Source: a virus (Duplodnaviria > Caudoviricetes). From it: DNA of 43,428 nucleotides. The DNA lies in IMG/VR virus record IMGVR_UViG_3300017766_001361, positions 1-43,428 of that record; one strand, given 5' to 3'. Below, one piece after another: positions 20,308 through 30,482 of the stretch (positions are counted from its first letter, which is position 1; every line of letters starts with the position of its first letter). Made by a program: the position numbers and the translations under genes. The notes beneath the pieces are model-generated. The model saw nothing but the letters and a program-made list of their open reading frames with translations, was not told the origin of the DNA and made no database searches.

Positions 20308-21494
20308 ATGAAGGTATTTTAGGCGCAATCGCAAACCCACAACTAGCCGATGTTGCCGGGGCTTTGCAGTACCGTAAATCTAGAATGGATGAGGACGAAG
20401 CCAAGCGTAAAGAGCTGCGAATGAATCAGCTTATCGCTCAGGCCATCCCAAACATGGCCGAAGATTCGCCATTGCGTGAGATTGCACAAACCGACCCGCA
20501 AAAGTTCGCAATGATGGCCAAAGTGTTAAACATTCCTTTAAACGAAGGTGAGCGCTTTGAACAATTGCGTTCGCGTGTTGGCCAGTTATCGGCATTGGCT
20601 GAAAGTGACCCGCGTGAAGCCTATCAGTACGCACAACGAATTCAAGCAGAAAATCAACGCAACGGCATACAAGACACAAACCTTGATAAATGGCTGCAAA
20701 CCGTTGATAAAGACCCGATTACAGGGTTTAACGCGCTGCATGTGATGAATCAATCGCTTAACCCTGTTAAGGCTGATGTTATTACGGCAAAAGATAAGGC
20801 CGAGATTGCACTAAAAGAAAAAGAACTTAACTGGAAAATGTCTCAGCCTGCTGGTGGCGCAGACAATAAGCCTGCCGCAAATATTGAAATATATAACGAA
20901 TGGAAAAAGATTAAAGCATCTGGCGATACAGAAGGCGCAGAGGCTTTTGCTCGCGCCAATAGATTAATGCCGGAATGGGGACAAGACCCTGAAAATCGCG
21001 GGAAAATCAAATCCAAAGAAGTCGGAATTGCGTCTACCAATAAATTAATAGATGAGTTTTATTCAAAAATACAGCCAATTAACGTAGGTATATCAAATTA
21101 CAGCCGTGCCATTGAGCTTTTAGATAAAGATGGCGCAAAAAGCGGTGTTATTGATAACTTAATCCCAAGCTTTACCGCTGCCACTCAAGAGCTTGATAAT
21201 CTTAAGCTACGGTTTGGCGCTGACATTCTATCTAGTGGTATTTTCGGTGCTCAGGTATCGGATCGAGACGTTAAAAATGCCTTCTCTATGGCAGCGCCGC
21301 CCATGGATGAAAAGCCATTAAAAGCATGGCTAAAAGATAAGAAAGAATCGCAAGAAAAGGTTCGCTCTATTTATGAGGGCGCTATTAAATACTTGGCGAA
21401 AGGTAACACTGTAGCCGACCTTGCAGACCTGCAAGCCAAAGAAAGAGATAAAAACGGCAAAAATGAAAATAAACCAACAGTGAGCAATTGGTAA
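20304..21494 (+). CDS. DNA ejection protein (gp20-like position)
   Basis: 396-aa helical protein in the ejection cluster; FGAQVSDRD motif. Confidence 0.6.
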   Translation: MNEGILGAIANPQLADVAGALQYRKSRMDEDEAKRKELRMNQLIAQAIPNMAEDSPLREIAQTDPQKFAMMAKVLNIPLNEGERFEQLRSRVGQLSALAESDPREAYQYAQRIQAENQRNGIQDTNLDKWLQTVDKDPITGFNALHVMNQSLNPVKADVITAKDKAEIALKEKELNWKMSQPAGGADNKPAANIEIYNEWKKIKASGDTEGAEAFARANRLMPEWGQDPENRGKIKSKEVGIASTNKLIDEFYSKIQPINVGISNYSRAIELLDKDGAKSGVIDNLIPSFTAATQELDNLKLRFGADILSSGIFGAQVSDRDVKNAFSMAAPPMDEKPLKAWLKDKKESQEKVRSIYEGAIKYLAKGNTVADLADLQAKERDKNGKNENKPTVSNW

Positions 21495-23518
21495 TGCCAA
21501 GAAATATAACAGTAACTCTTGATGATGGTACGCAACACTCTTACCAGAATGTACCTGATGATGTTACCCCTGAGCAAGTAACACAAAGGGCACAGCAAGA
21601 GTTTGACAAGGGTGTAACTTCTATTGATGGCGGTAGAAGCTCTGAAAACCAGCCGGACGAACAAGAGCAAAAAAAAGAAAGTATAGGCGTATTTGATGCC
21701 TTAAAGGCTGGCGCTAAACGCGGCGTTGAGCAGGTAGCGCTAGGTGTAACTCAACGAGTAATGGAATTTAACAAAGGTCGCCATGAAAAAGCGATTGATG
21801 AATTTGCATCTAAAATGCAATCGGGTGAGATTCCTGCTACCGCTGAAAACATTGCCAAGCTTGATGAAATGCAGCAGCAAGTTATAAATGAGCAAAAAGC
21901 GTTAGGGCTTGGCCAAGGCTTTGAGCAATCGCAACGTGAAAACATGGCACCCATATCTGAGGCTCAGCCAGTGGCTAGTTTTATTGGCAATGTAGCTGGG
22001 CAAATGGCAGCGGCACCACTTCCAGCGGCTAAAGGTCTTAACTTGTGGGGGCAGTCTGCAAAAGCTGGCGCTGAAGGGGTAGGTCTTGGATTTGTACAGC
22101 CAACAGTTGAAGGCGAAAGCGTTGACGCTAACGCCATGATAGGTGGTGGCGTTGGGTTACTTGCACCGTCTGTATTGCGCGGAGTATCAACTGCCACTGG
22201 CGCAGGATATAGAGCTGTAACAGGAAATCCAACTCAGGAAATGGCAGAGCAAATTAAGTACGCGCAAAGTAACAACTTGCCGCTTATGACTACTGATTTG
22301 CTACAGCCTCAAACTGGTATGGGTAAAAAAATCAGATCAATTGCCGAAGATGTTCCATTAACCGGAACAGGCGCAGCAAGAGCAGATCAGCAAGCGGCAC
22401 GCGTTGCCCAAATGGAAAAGCTATCCAATGATTTTGGCGTGCCAAATGACCGTGAAATAATTGAATCTATAAACAGGAAAGGAAACAAAATCACGGCGGC
22501 GGCGGGTGAGCGATATAAAAATGTTATTTCTCAAATGGGCGATGAGCCAATACCACTTACCAATACGAATAAGGCTATTGACCAAGCCATAGCTGCGCAC
22601 ACGCGAGGCGGTAGGCTTGAAAATAAAGCACTCGTTGATCAACTTCAAAGTATTAAGGCAAAGCTAAACGAATCAGGCCAAGATATAGAGCTGTTACGTC
22701 TAAACCGTACTGATGTGCGCGAGAGACTAAAAACCGATGAAACCATTGGCAGAGATACAGCCGCAAGAGTTATTGATAAACTTTATGCCGGAATGACTCA
22801 AGATATGACAAATGGCGTAGCTGCAAAGCTTGGCAACGAATCGGCGGCTAAGATGCGCCAAGCTGATGCAATTTGGGCAAGAGAAACAAATGAAATACAA
22901 AAAACAAAGCTAAAGAACATCTTGTCAAAAGGCGAAATATTGCCGGACAAAGTTAATGCCATGCTGTTTAGCCGTTCACCAGCAGAAGCCGAAATATTAT
23001 ACCAATCACTAGATAAAGCTGGCCGAAATAACGCAAGGGCTGCAATATTTGGCAAGGCGTTTGAGATTGCACAAGGTAGTCCTGATAAGTTCTTAGCTGA
23101 AATAAACAAGTTAAGATTTAAAGATGGAACTGGAAAATCTACGATTGATGTGTTTTTCAAAGGTGATAATAAAAAGCAACTTGATGGGCTTATCAAATAC
23201 CTAGACTCGACCCGCGAGGCTTCAGCGGCTGCTTTAAACCCAGCTACAGGCCAAAGATTGGGAGCTTTAATCCCTACTACATTTGGCGGCATTGGGTTAA
23301 CGGCAGGCGGGCCAACTGGCGCTGCGATTGGTGTTGGCTCTTATCTTGGTGTTGGCGCATTGGCTAGCGTTTACGAATCGCCACCTGTTAGAAATCTAAT
23401 GGTAAAAATGGCGGGTACGCCAAAAGGCTCTACACAGTTTGAAAAGTATGCGCGCCAGCTAGAAGAAGAGCTAGTTAAAGCATCATCAAAAATCACACAA
23501 GTAGGTAAGCAAGAATGA
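21494..23518 (+). CDS. DNA ejection protein (P22 gp16-like)
   Basis: TAATG coupling; LMTTDLL.P...EDVPLTGTG..RA.QQ.AR, G..NARAAI, YESPPVRNL motifs. Confidence 0.7.
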   Translation: MPRNITVTLDDGTQHSYQNVPDDVTPEQVTQRAQQEFDKGVTSIDGGRSSENQPDEQEQKKESIGVFDALKAGAKRGVEQVALGVTQRVMEFNKGRHEKAIDEFASKMQSGEIPATAENIAKLDEMQQQVINEQKALGLGQGFEQSQRENMAPISEAQPVASFIGNVAGQMAAAPLPAAKGLNLWGQSAKAGAEGVGLGFVQPTVEGESVDANAMIGGGVGLLAPSVLRGVSTATGAGYRAVTGNPTQEMAEQIKYAQSNNLPLMTTDLLQPQTGMGKKIRSIAEDVPLTGTGAARADQQAARVAQMEKLSNDFGVPNDREIIESINRKGNKITAAAGERYKNVISQMGDEPIPLTNTNKAIDQAIAAHTRGGRLENKALVDQLQSIKAKLNESGQDIELLRLNRTDVRERLKTDETIGRDTAARVIDKLYAGMTQDMTNGVAAKLGNESAAKMRQADAIWARETNEIQKTKLKNILSKGEILPDKVNAMLFSRSPAEAEILYQSLDKAGRNNARAAIFGKAFEIAQGSPDKFLAEINKLRFKDGTGKSTIDVFFKGDNKKQLDGLIKYLDSTREASAAALNPATGQRLGALIPTTFGGIGLTAGGPTGAAIGVGSYLGVGALASVYESPPVRNLMVKMAGTPKGSTQFEKYARQLEEELVKASSKITQVGKQE

Positions 23519-24558
23519 CAGAAAGATTCCGCAATCCAGTTATAAAATACACAACCGATACGCTTAAAACGCTACCTGGTTCGATTCTGTACTTTTACCA
23601 AAACGGTACAAGCACCCCCAAAACAGTATATGCCGACAAGAACAAGGTCACGTCACTTGGGGCTACTGTTACCGCTGACTCGGCTGGTATATTCGTGCCT
23701 ATCTTTTTAGATGGCACTTACCGAGTGACGCTTAAAAACGCGGCTGGTGTTACTCAAACAGGCTGGCCAGTTGATAACGTAGGCGGCGAGGATACCACAG
23801 GCCAGTTTGACGACTGGTCATCTATCACCGTTTACACCGAGGGCGATATTGTCACCGGTTCAAACGGGCTTAGGTATGTAGCAATTTTCAACGCTTCGCA
23901 AAACTTGAACCAAGACCCAACAACAGCTACTACGTTTTGGGATGAGTTACGATTAACGCTTGAATGGGATTCGCTTAGTAATTTTTCTATCAATGATCGG
24001 GTTTTCTATTCTGGCGGCGAATACATTTCATTGCAGAACGCAAACACCGGCAACACGCCAGCAAGCTCTAGTGCATGGTGGAAGAAGCTAAAAGATCACG
24101 ATCAATGGAATAGTGCAACCACTTACGGCTCTGGCGCTTATGTTTACGAAGGCGACCTTAGATATAAATCAATGCAGGCCGCGAATACCAATCACACACC
24201 AAGCACAGACACTGCATTTACATGGTGGAAGCCAGAATCAAGAGTTTACGTTGAAGCTGTTCCACAGCTAATTAAAATTAAATACTTAAGCGGTGGCGGC
24301 GCTCTATCGGCAGAGTGGGAAAATGCTTTAACTGATGCAAGCACATACACATTGCCATTGGCTAACAGCGTTCCAGTCGATACGGTAATTTTAATTTCAA
24401 AGGCGGATGTTGCAAGAAACCTAACGCCTGCATTCGATTGCTCTGGGGCTGATACCATTCTATGGCTTAGCGGAACTGCAACAGGAATAAATATAGACGT
24501 TTTATGGGGCGACTGCATAAGACTTTCATCAAACGGCACGAATCAGTGGAGGTCTTAA
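23515..24558 (+). CDS. tailspike/fibre adaptor with head-binding-like N-terminus and carbohydrate-binding-like repeats
   Basis: LYFYQNGTSTPKTVY...ADSAG..IFLDG.Y N-terminus; three W...Y/F..xD/xV repeats resembling CBM5/12. Confidence 0.7.
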   Translation: MTERFRNPVIKYTTDTLKTLPGSILYFYQNGTSTPKTVYADKNKVTSLGATVTADSAGIFVPIFLDGTYRVTLKNAAGVTQTGWPVDNVGGEDTTGQFDDWSSITVYTEGDIVTGSNGLRYVAIFNASQNLNQDPTTATTFWDELRLTLEWDSLSNFSINDRVFYSGGEYISLQNANTGNTPASSSAWWKKLKDHDQWNSATTYGSGAYVYEGDLRYKSMQAANTNHTPSTDTAFTWWKPESRVYVEAVPQLIKIKYLSGGGALSAEWENALTDASTYTLPLANSVPVDTVILISKADVARNLTPAFDCSGADTILWLSGTATGINIDVLWGDCIRLSSNGTNQWRS

Positions 24559-24561
24559 ATA

Positions 24562-25041
24562 ATGGCTAGAATAAACAGAAGCTCAATGTACCCAAGCACT
24601 GCGGGGACTAGAAGAACAGCATCTATAGTTGGGCCTTGGTCATCGGCAGGATACACACCATCTTCTATAGACGCCGATTCTTCATCGGTAGCTACACTGA
24701 GCGGAGCGCTTACCGCAAACACACTTAAAACACTTTTTAACTTAACCAGCCTTGCTGGCAGGGTTCCAAAATTAGCTATAAAAACAAATGACGCTTCAGC
24801 TCGTACAATAAGGGTTGTGATAACCGTAGATGGGTCGGCTGTGTACGATATCACCAGCGCGTCAACATCAGCGAATAATGTTGGGGCATGTTTTGCCGGG
24901 AAAGCTAGGACTGAAACTTCTGGATACTTAGGCGGACAGCCTGACATTGTATTTACTACATCATGCAAAGTTGAGTACGCGTCAAACAATAGCGAAACAG
25001 ATAAATTTACCCTATACCACATCTACAACACGGAGTCATAA
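24562..25041 (+). CDS. putative tail-associated protein
   Basis: GGAGG upstream; S/T/A-rich beta protein. Confidence 0.6.
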   Translation: MARINRSSMYPSTAGTRRTASIVGPWSSAGYTPSSIDADSSSVATLSGALTANTLKTLFNLTSLAGRVPKLAIKTNDASARTIRVVITVDGSAVYDITSASTSANNVGACFAGKARTETSGYLGGQPDIVFTTSCKVEYASNNSETDKFTLYHIYNTES

Positions 25042-25043
25042 TC

Positions 25044-25460
25044 ATGGGCGAATATGTAGAGACACAATTACAAGGTGGCGGCACTATTGTTGAATGGGTT
25101 AACCCACCCCCAGCGCCTACACACAAAACAACAGGGCTTTCTCGTACTGAGTACATAGAGTTGTTCACGCCTACCGAGCAAGCGCTTTATTTCAAGTTTA
25201 TGGATAACATCTATGGCGACCTGTCATTCATGCCAGTCGGTGCAGTAGATATAGGTGATGTTGCGGTAGAGCTTGGGTCTTCGCTTACTTACATGGATTT
25301 GATGATTATCGGGAAATCATCTTTTGTGCTCGCGCATGCGGAAAATGGCTTTGACATGACGAGCTCAAAAGTCATTGGCGGCCTAACTGCAATGAATCTT
25401 TTGGGTATGCTCGACGACGAAACAAGGTTGGCAACGATTTTAAAGGGGGCCCCACTATGA
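25044..25460 (+). CDS. hypothetical protein
   Basis: GGAG RBS; tightly packed. Confidence 0.6.
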   Translation: MGEYVETQLQGGGTIVEWVNPPPAPTHKTTGLSRTEYIELFTPTEQALYFKFMDNIYGDLSFMPVGAVDIGDVAVELGSSLTYMDLMIIGKSSFVLAHAENGFDMTSSKVIGGLTAMNLLGMLDDETRLATILKGAPL

Positions 25461-25783
25461 AAAAATACCTACTGGAAGCGCTAATTTTTTACGAATTGCT
25501 CCCCGCCAGGCTGCGCCTATTTATTGCCATGCTTATTGCTGCTAATACTGCGGCGCTAGCGATATACTTTAGCTTGGGGTTGATTGACGGGCTTGATGCT
25601 GTTGACTATTGGGCTTGCCTTGGCGTGTTTTTGGCTTATCGGGCTTGCGCGTTTATGGCTAATAAAAGCATGCCATTGACCGATAAAAACGTGGCCTTTA
25701 TGAGTTCGGAGCGTACCTTGTGGAATCTGGCAACCATAGCAATTCTGGCGGTGATGAGCGTATTAAAATCATTGATCGGCTAA
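25457..25783 (+). CDS. membrane protein (about 3 hydrophobic segments)
   Basis: ATGA overlap; hydrophobic stretches. Confidence 0.55.
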   Translation: MKKYLLEALIFYELLPARLRLFIAMLIAANTAALAIYFSLGLIDGLDAVDYWACLGVFLAYRACAFMANKSMPLTDKNVAFMSSERTLWNLATIAILAVMSVLKSLIG

Positions 25784-25897
25784 TAGAAACAATAGAAAAA
25801 ACAAACGAGCCGCTGCCAATGGTGGCGGCGATGATAAATGTTACAATGTACCGTGGCGAAATAGATAAATTCAGGGCTTTAATCAGGACTAAAGATT

Positions 25898-26227
25898 ATG
25901 CAGGACTCGAGAGACGATCAACCGGGTAATGAGTGCTCAAATATGCAACGAGATTTTCTCATTGCGTTTCGCCGTCATCTTGAGGACTCTGCGCGAATTG
26001 ACAACATTGACAATCGCGTCTCGGAATTAAAAAAAGAGCATGACGAATTCAGAGAAAAGTTTTCTAATTTTGTGGAAAAATTGCAGCCGGTGCACGAAGC
26101 GTATTTAAAAGGGATGACGATTAAATCAAAAGCTGGAACGGTTGCTATTGCGTACGTTGTAGCGATGTCGTTATTTCCTCAGCTTTCACCAATTTCTATA
26201 CTGTCGCTAATAAAGTTATTGATATGA
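25898..26227 (+). CDS. coiled-coil protein with C-terminal TM segment (holin/antiholin candidate)
   Basis: Composition and position upstream of the endolysin. Confidence 0.55.
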   Translation: MQDSRDDQPGNECSNMQRDFLIAFRRHLEDSARIDNIDNRVSELKKEHDEFREKFSNFVEKLQPVHEAYLKGMTIKSKAGTVAIAYVVAMSLFPQLSPISILSLIKLLI

Positions 26228-26418
26228 ATATCGAAAACTACGGTGGGCGTAGGTTTCTAATAACCATCGGGTGCGGCGTAGTTTCAACGTTGCTTTTGTG
26301 GTTCGGGAAAATATCGGGCAGCGAGTACGTTACGCTAGTCACACTAACCGTAGTCCCCTACATTGGGTTCAACACTCAGCAGAAAATACAGGGCCTAAAA
26401 AATGACAGCAGCAATTGA
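26224..26418 (+). CDS. holin candidate (2 TM)
   Basis: GGRRFLIT..LLLWFGKISGSEYV.LV..V..YI..N; directly before the lysozyme. Confidence 0.65.
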   Translation: MNIENYGGRRFLITIGCGVVSTLLLWFGKISGSEYVTLVTLTVVPYIGFNTQQKIQGLKNDSSN

Positions 26419-26872
26419 AATCAGTGGGCGGATGGAAAAAAAAGAAGAAGGCTTTCGAGCGAAACCGTATTATTGCTCTGAAAACTTTCCAACAATAGGC
26501 TACGGCGAAAAGATCGGCGACAAATACGAAGCACTGCCAAACATTGAAACTACCGAGCCAGAAGCCTATAAAAAAATGCTTTCAATGAACGAAGTAAACG
26601 AAAAAACATTTTTAAACAACCCGGATATTTATCGCTGCTATTTCCATCTAAACGATAACCGCAAGGCCGTCATGTTGTCGATTGCGTATCAAATCGGAAT
26701 CTATGGCGTGATGAAGTTCAAAAAGATGCTTGGAGCGCTAGAAAACGCCAATTACAGCGCGGCAGCTGATGAGATGCTTAACTCGCTAGCCGCACGTCAA
26801 ACACCCGCCAGATGGAAGCGTAACGCGGAACAGATGCGCTCAGGAGAACTGCATGCCTTTTACCAATCTTAA
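26402..26872 (+). CDS. endolysin, T4-lysozyme-like (GH24)
   Basis: EEGFRAKPYYCSENFPTIGYG catalytic region; YQIG..GV.KFKKML, AADEMLNS..ARQTP.R. Confidence 0.9.
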   Translation: MTAAIEISGRMEKKEEGFRAKPYYCSENFPTIGYGEKIGDKYEALPNIETTEPEAYKKMLSMNEVNEKTFLNNPDIYRCYFHLNDNRKAVMLSIAYQIGIYGVMKFKKMLGALENANYSAAADEMLNSLAARQTPARWKRNAEQMRSGELHAFYQS

Positions 26873-27320
26873 ATTATGGGTTTACGGCGGTCTAGCCGTT
26901 GCGCTATTCGGCCTAGTTTTACGTTTTGACTATTTGAGTGAAAAAGTTGAATCGCAAAAAATAGAGCTGGCGCAAAAAAACGTACAACTAAACGAAACAA
27001 ACGAAACGCTAAAGTCTGAACGTGAATCACTGCGGATTGCCACCGAAAACCGCACAAAATATATTTTAGAATTGGAGTCAGCAGAAAATGAAATTAAAAC
27101 TTTACGCGCTCGCGTTGATTCTGGCGCTGCCAAGTTGCGCCTCAAGGCCACCTGTGCAAACGTGCCCACAACTTCAGCCAATACCGCCGGAAGTGCTGAA
27201 ACCGCTCCCGAACTCACAGAAGACGCTGGACAGGCTTATTGGGATCTCCGAAACGAAATAATACAGTGCCCAGCACAATTAGCGCTAGCAATTAAAACTT
27301 TGCAGGATGACCGTAAATAA
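26853..27320 (+). CDS. Rz: i-spanin (Rz-like)
   Basis: N-terminal TM, coiled coil, LRARVDSG..KLRLKATC, ELT..A...Y..LR. Confidence 0.9.
   Translation: MPFTNLKLWVYGGLAVALFGLVLRFDYLSEKVESQKIELAQKNVQLNETNETLKSERESLRIATENRTKYILELESAENEIKTLRARVDSGAAKLRLKATCANVPTTSANTAGSAETAPELTEDAGQAYWDLRNEIIQCPAQLALAIKTLQDDRK
27088..27261 (+). CDS. Rz1: o-spanin (Rz1-like lipoprotein) embedded in Rz (absent from ORF track)
   Basis: +1 frame, GGAG upstream; MKLKLYALALILALPS-CASRPPVQTCPQLQPIPPEVLKPLPNSQKTLDRLIGISETK: signal peptide, lipobox Cys, Pro-rich. Confidence 0.85.
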   Translation: MKLKLYALALILALPSCASRPPVQTCPQLQPIPPEVLKPLPNSQKTLDRLIGISETK

Positions 27321-28615
27321 TGGCTAACTTACCAATAACCGCCTCGCGCAACCTAAGTGGAAAATTACAGGGTAGCTACGTCCCGATTTTAGAGGGCGTG
27401 AACTTCATCGGCACAGTTGGCCACGGTAACACACTGACGATTACTGACAGTTTGGGCAGATTCGGGACGAGAACAAACGTAAAGCCTCTATTTGTAAATT
27501 TTGGCGATAGTCGTTTTGGCAGCTCACTAGGACGAATCACGACTACTCACATTAGTCCCAATGCTGTGTCTGATACAGTGGTAAAGCTGGGCGGTATGGC
27601 ATCTTCTTGGAAGCTCGATATTCGGCAGTTCGGGGATAGTGGGATTATCGGCACACCAGTAACCACGCAAGATCAAACCAAGCCGCTTATCCAGTACATC
27701 GAACGGCGCTATGGTTTTGACTACGCAGACCCAACAATCCAGAACAATGGGTATTATTTCAACTCTCCACCGGACGCGAATATAAGACTTTTCAGTCTTA
27801 GCATTGATGGTCGCACCTACTCACACACAAATGATGGCAGCCCAGCATCTGCTAACAACGCTAGTGCCGTTGCAGTAATTATCGCAGCACAAATAAATTC
27901 AGATTTGCTGTGCAAATGTACCGCTGTTGCGAACGACGGAACGTTTGATTTGCGGTTAACCAAGAAAAACATGGGCGACACATTCTCTCCGGTGTTAATT
28001 GAAAACCTTTATCAGAATTTCAACAATAAAACAGCCCGCATCTATTCATGGAATGATTCAACACCCAATGACGCCTACATGATTTCGGCAGGATCAGGCG
28101 CGGGGAGCTCGCATACAAACATGGAGAACACAAGCGGCAGCGCTAACACTCCGGACTATAATGCGAAACAAGAAACCTCATTGTGGATGAGCGAGGAATT
28201 AGTGTTAAAAAATTCTTCTGCAGGTGGTGTTTCTGACGGCTTTTACAATCATTACAAAAATGGCGAGCTGTTAAATACTGGGAACTCCCTCGTTACGTAT
28301 AATGTTGGCCAGCAGCCTCTTGGTCGTTGTTATTTAACGCAGTTCTCGAATGGGCCATATGGATATTGGCGTGCTGATTTGCCGATAAACGTGGGCTACC
28401 AGTGCTGGGATGACGAATATCTAGGAATCTATTTTGCAGATTCAGAAACGATAGCTGCAGGCACAACAAAATTAGTGCGTCAGCCGCAAGCCACGTGGTC
28501 GTCAGAAATAGTCAGAATTTCTCAGGTAGGTTCGCATGTTGCCCCTGCAGGTGCCTACGTACACTTGAGAACCGGCCTAGCAACTTATATTTATCTTGGG
28601 AGGTTGCCAGTATGA
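27320..28615 (+). CDS. hypothetical beta-rich protein (possible virion accessory / carbohydrate-binding)
   Basis: 431 aa, N/S/T/G-rich, coupled to the Rz stop. Confidence 0.65.
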   Translation: MANLPITASRNLSGKLQGSYVPILEGVNFIGTVGHGNTLTITDSLGRFGTRTNVKPLFVNFGDSRFGSSLGRITTTHISPNAVSDTVVKLGGMASSWKLDIRQFGDSGIIGTPVTTQDQTKPLIQYIERRYGFDYADPTIQNNGYYFNSPPDANIRLFSLSIDGRTYSHTNDGSPASANNASAVAVIIAAQINSDLLCKCTAVANDGTFDLRLTKKNMGDTFSPVLIENLYQNFNNKTARIYSWNDSTPNDAYMISAGSGAGSSHTNMENTSGSANTPDYNAKQETSLWMSEELVLKNSSAGGVSDGFYNHYKNGELLNTGNSLVTYNVGQQPLGRCYLTQFSNGPYGYWRADLPINVGYQCWDDEYLGIYFADSETIAAGTTKLVRQPQATWSSEIVRISQVGSHVAPAGAYVHLRTGLATYIYLGRLPV

Positions 28616-29766
28616 CGGTATTGAATTTTTCAGGGGTTTCTAACGGAACCGATCTCTCAGCTCTTGGATTCACAAAAGAGGCAGGGAGTGCATCAGATTC
28701 ATCTATAACAGTCACATCAGGCGAGCTAGATTTTAATTTTGGCTCAGGGATAGCTACTTATTCTTTGCCGCTGTCATCGGGCGATTGTGATATTTCGTGC
28801 GAGTTCGGTGGGTATTACGCGAGTTATTGCAGCCCAATAGTTTTTAGGATTCAGGATTATCAAAACTACTGGGCAGTGCGGGCGGGCGATGCTGGCACTA
28901 TAAATTTGATTCGGGTAGTTTCTGGCTCGACTACGAGCGTTTCTACGCAGTCAATATCCCGAAACTCATCAGGCGATATTTTCCGCGTGTTAGCGATTGG
29001 CTCGTTAATAAAAGTGTATTTCAACGGTGCCGAGGTAATATCTGTCACCGACTCAACATGGTCTACTAATAATAAAATTGGTATGAGCGTGAGGCTCGGA
29101 ACCGAACTAGCTCTAATTACAACCTATACATACATTGACCCTGCCGTGGCAGTGACGTCTATAAACGGCGGAAGCCCGATAACCGCAGGCCAGTCAGGGA
29201 TCGCCTCTGTATCGACTGGGTTTAGTGGGCTGCCTGCTACGATCACTACAAATGCCAGCGGCGTAACGTGTAGCAATATTGGCGGCACAACCAACGCGCC
29301 AACGTTTACTATTAGTGATCGTGTGGATGGCGGGCTATATCCAAAATCAGGAACGAGTGTAAATTTTACGTTCGTTAATGGCACTGAAAACGCGGTAGGT
29401 GCGCAAACAATTGTAAAAAAATCTACTGAAACAAAAGTTGTAATAGCGTCACCGCTTTTTTCAGACAATACCATTGCACAGGCTATTTTTGCCGCGTTTG
29501 GCAGAACTGTTGCTGCTGCTGATGAGTTTTATCACACAACCTATAGTGACTTAGTCATCACACCCGACACCGATTTCACAGTGACCGCCGCAGGGAGCTT
29601 TGATCTTTGGCTTTATGTCAATGCTGGCGCAGACGCGGGTAAAAACTACTATTACGCAGTCACAATTACCGAAAGCGGTACAATTGTAATTGCTGGCGGT
29701 TTAACAGCGGCTGGCCTGACATCTATCGGATTGACTAGAGCAGGCCAAACTAGCGCAGGACTTTAG
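28612..29766 (+). CDS. hypothetical beta-rich protein with lectin/LamG-like N-terminal segment
   Basis: ATGA overlap and GGGAGG RBS favour 28612; FRVLAIGSLIKVYFNGAEVISVTDS pattern; GLTxx repeats at C-terminus. Confidence 0.65.
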   Translation: MTVLNFSGVSNGTDLSALGFTKEAGSASDSSITVTSGELDFNFGSGIATYSLPLSSGDCDISCEFGGYYASYCSPIVFRIQDYQNYWAVRAGDAGTINLIRVVSGSTTSVSTQSISRNSSGDIFRVLAIGSLIKVYFNGAEVISVTDSTWSTNNKIGMSVRLGTELALITTYTYIDPAVAVTSINGGSPITAGQSGIASVSTGFSGLPATITTNASGVTCSNIGGTTNAPTFTISDRVDGGLYPKSGTSVNFTFVNGTENAVGAQTIVKKSTETKVVIASPLFSDNTIAQAIFAAFGRTVAAADEFYHTTYSDLVITPDTDFTVTAAGSFDLWLYVNAGADAGKNYYYAVTITESGTIVIAGGLTAAGLTSIGLTRAGQTSAGL

Positions 29767-30029
29767 TGAAAGAAATCTCGCAATGATGTGTACATTTCAT
29801 CTGTGTTTTTATTGAGTGTTGCATGGCGCTTTTTGCTCATCTTTTGTGTGAACTCAAAAGCGCCAATTACTGCAGCAGATACTAGACAAGCACCAAAAAA
29901 CCAGAAAAAAACCGACCATTTAAGCTCTAGGCTTGAGTCTATGCACATTTTCAGCAGTATTCCCCACGCCGATATTGACGCGATAAAAACGAGAAATAAG
30001 ATTAAAAGCTGGCGGCATGTCATGATCAT
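29763..30029 (-). CDS. small membrane protein
   Basis: Two hydrophobic segments; GAGGTG RBS; last gene of the leftward operon. Confidence 0.55.
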   Translation of the reverse strand: MIMTCRQLLILFLVFIASISAWGILLKMCIDSSLELKWSVFFWFFGACLVSAAVIGAFEFTQKMSKKRHATLNKNTDEMYTSLRDFFH

Positions 30030-30475
30030 TTTTTCACCTCTTTAAGTTTTGGGTTATTGTTAAAAACTGCAATAACAGAATCAAATCCTTTCTGTGTTTT
30101 CATTCCTTGCAATATGGTTACGATTGAGCTTATAGGCTGGTGCTTAACCGAGCGCCAGAACTGGCCAATGGGTAGCAGCTTGCCCATGGTTATGGATATT
30201 TCGCCAGCATCCGCACGGCCAGCAACATGGTTAGATACCTCGGTGAAAATCACGAATTCATCGCTATTGAAGAGGCTTACAGCTTCTTGCTCAACCGGCT
30301 CCATGTTTGCAATTTTCGTAGTTAGCCAGCGATTTTTCTGTTCAAGATTACTGTTTCTAGTGTGCAATCGTTTATTGCGATCTTCCATCTTTGCTATCTC
30401 GGCGCGCAGTCCGGCACTAACCCCGCGCTCATAGTTAAGCGCTGCAAAGCATTCATCTATTGTTAGTTCGTTCAT
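30026..30475 (-). CDS. hypothetical protein
   Basis: AGGTG RBS; coiled-coil N-terminus. Confidence 0.6.
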   Translation of the reverse strand: MNELTIDECFAALNYERGVSAGLRAEIAKMEDRNKRLHTRNSNLEQKNRWLTTKIANMEPVEQEAVSLFNSDEFVIFTEVSNHVAGRADAGEISITMGKLLPIGQFWRSVKHQPISSIVTILQGMKTQKGFDSVIAVFNNNPKLKEVKK

Positions 30476-30482
30476 GGTTCAC

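Noticed and set aside
122-29474. Many antisense and alternate-frame ORFs within the nin and structural genes
   Set aside because: They are shadows of long coding genes with no RBS or motif support; only Rz1 was accepted. ORF 25720-25929 remains uncertain.
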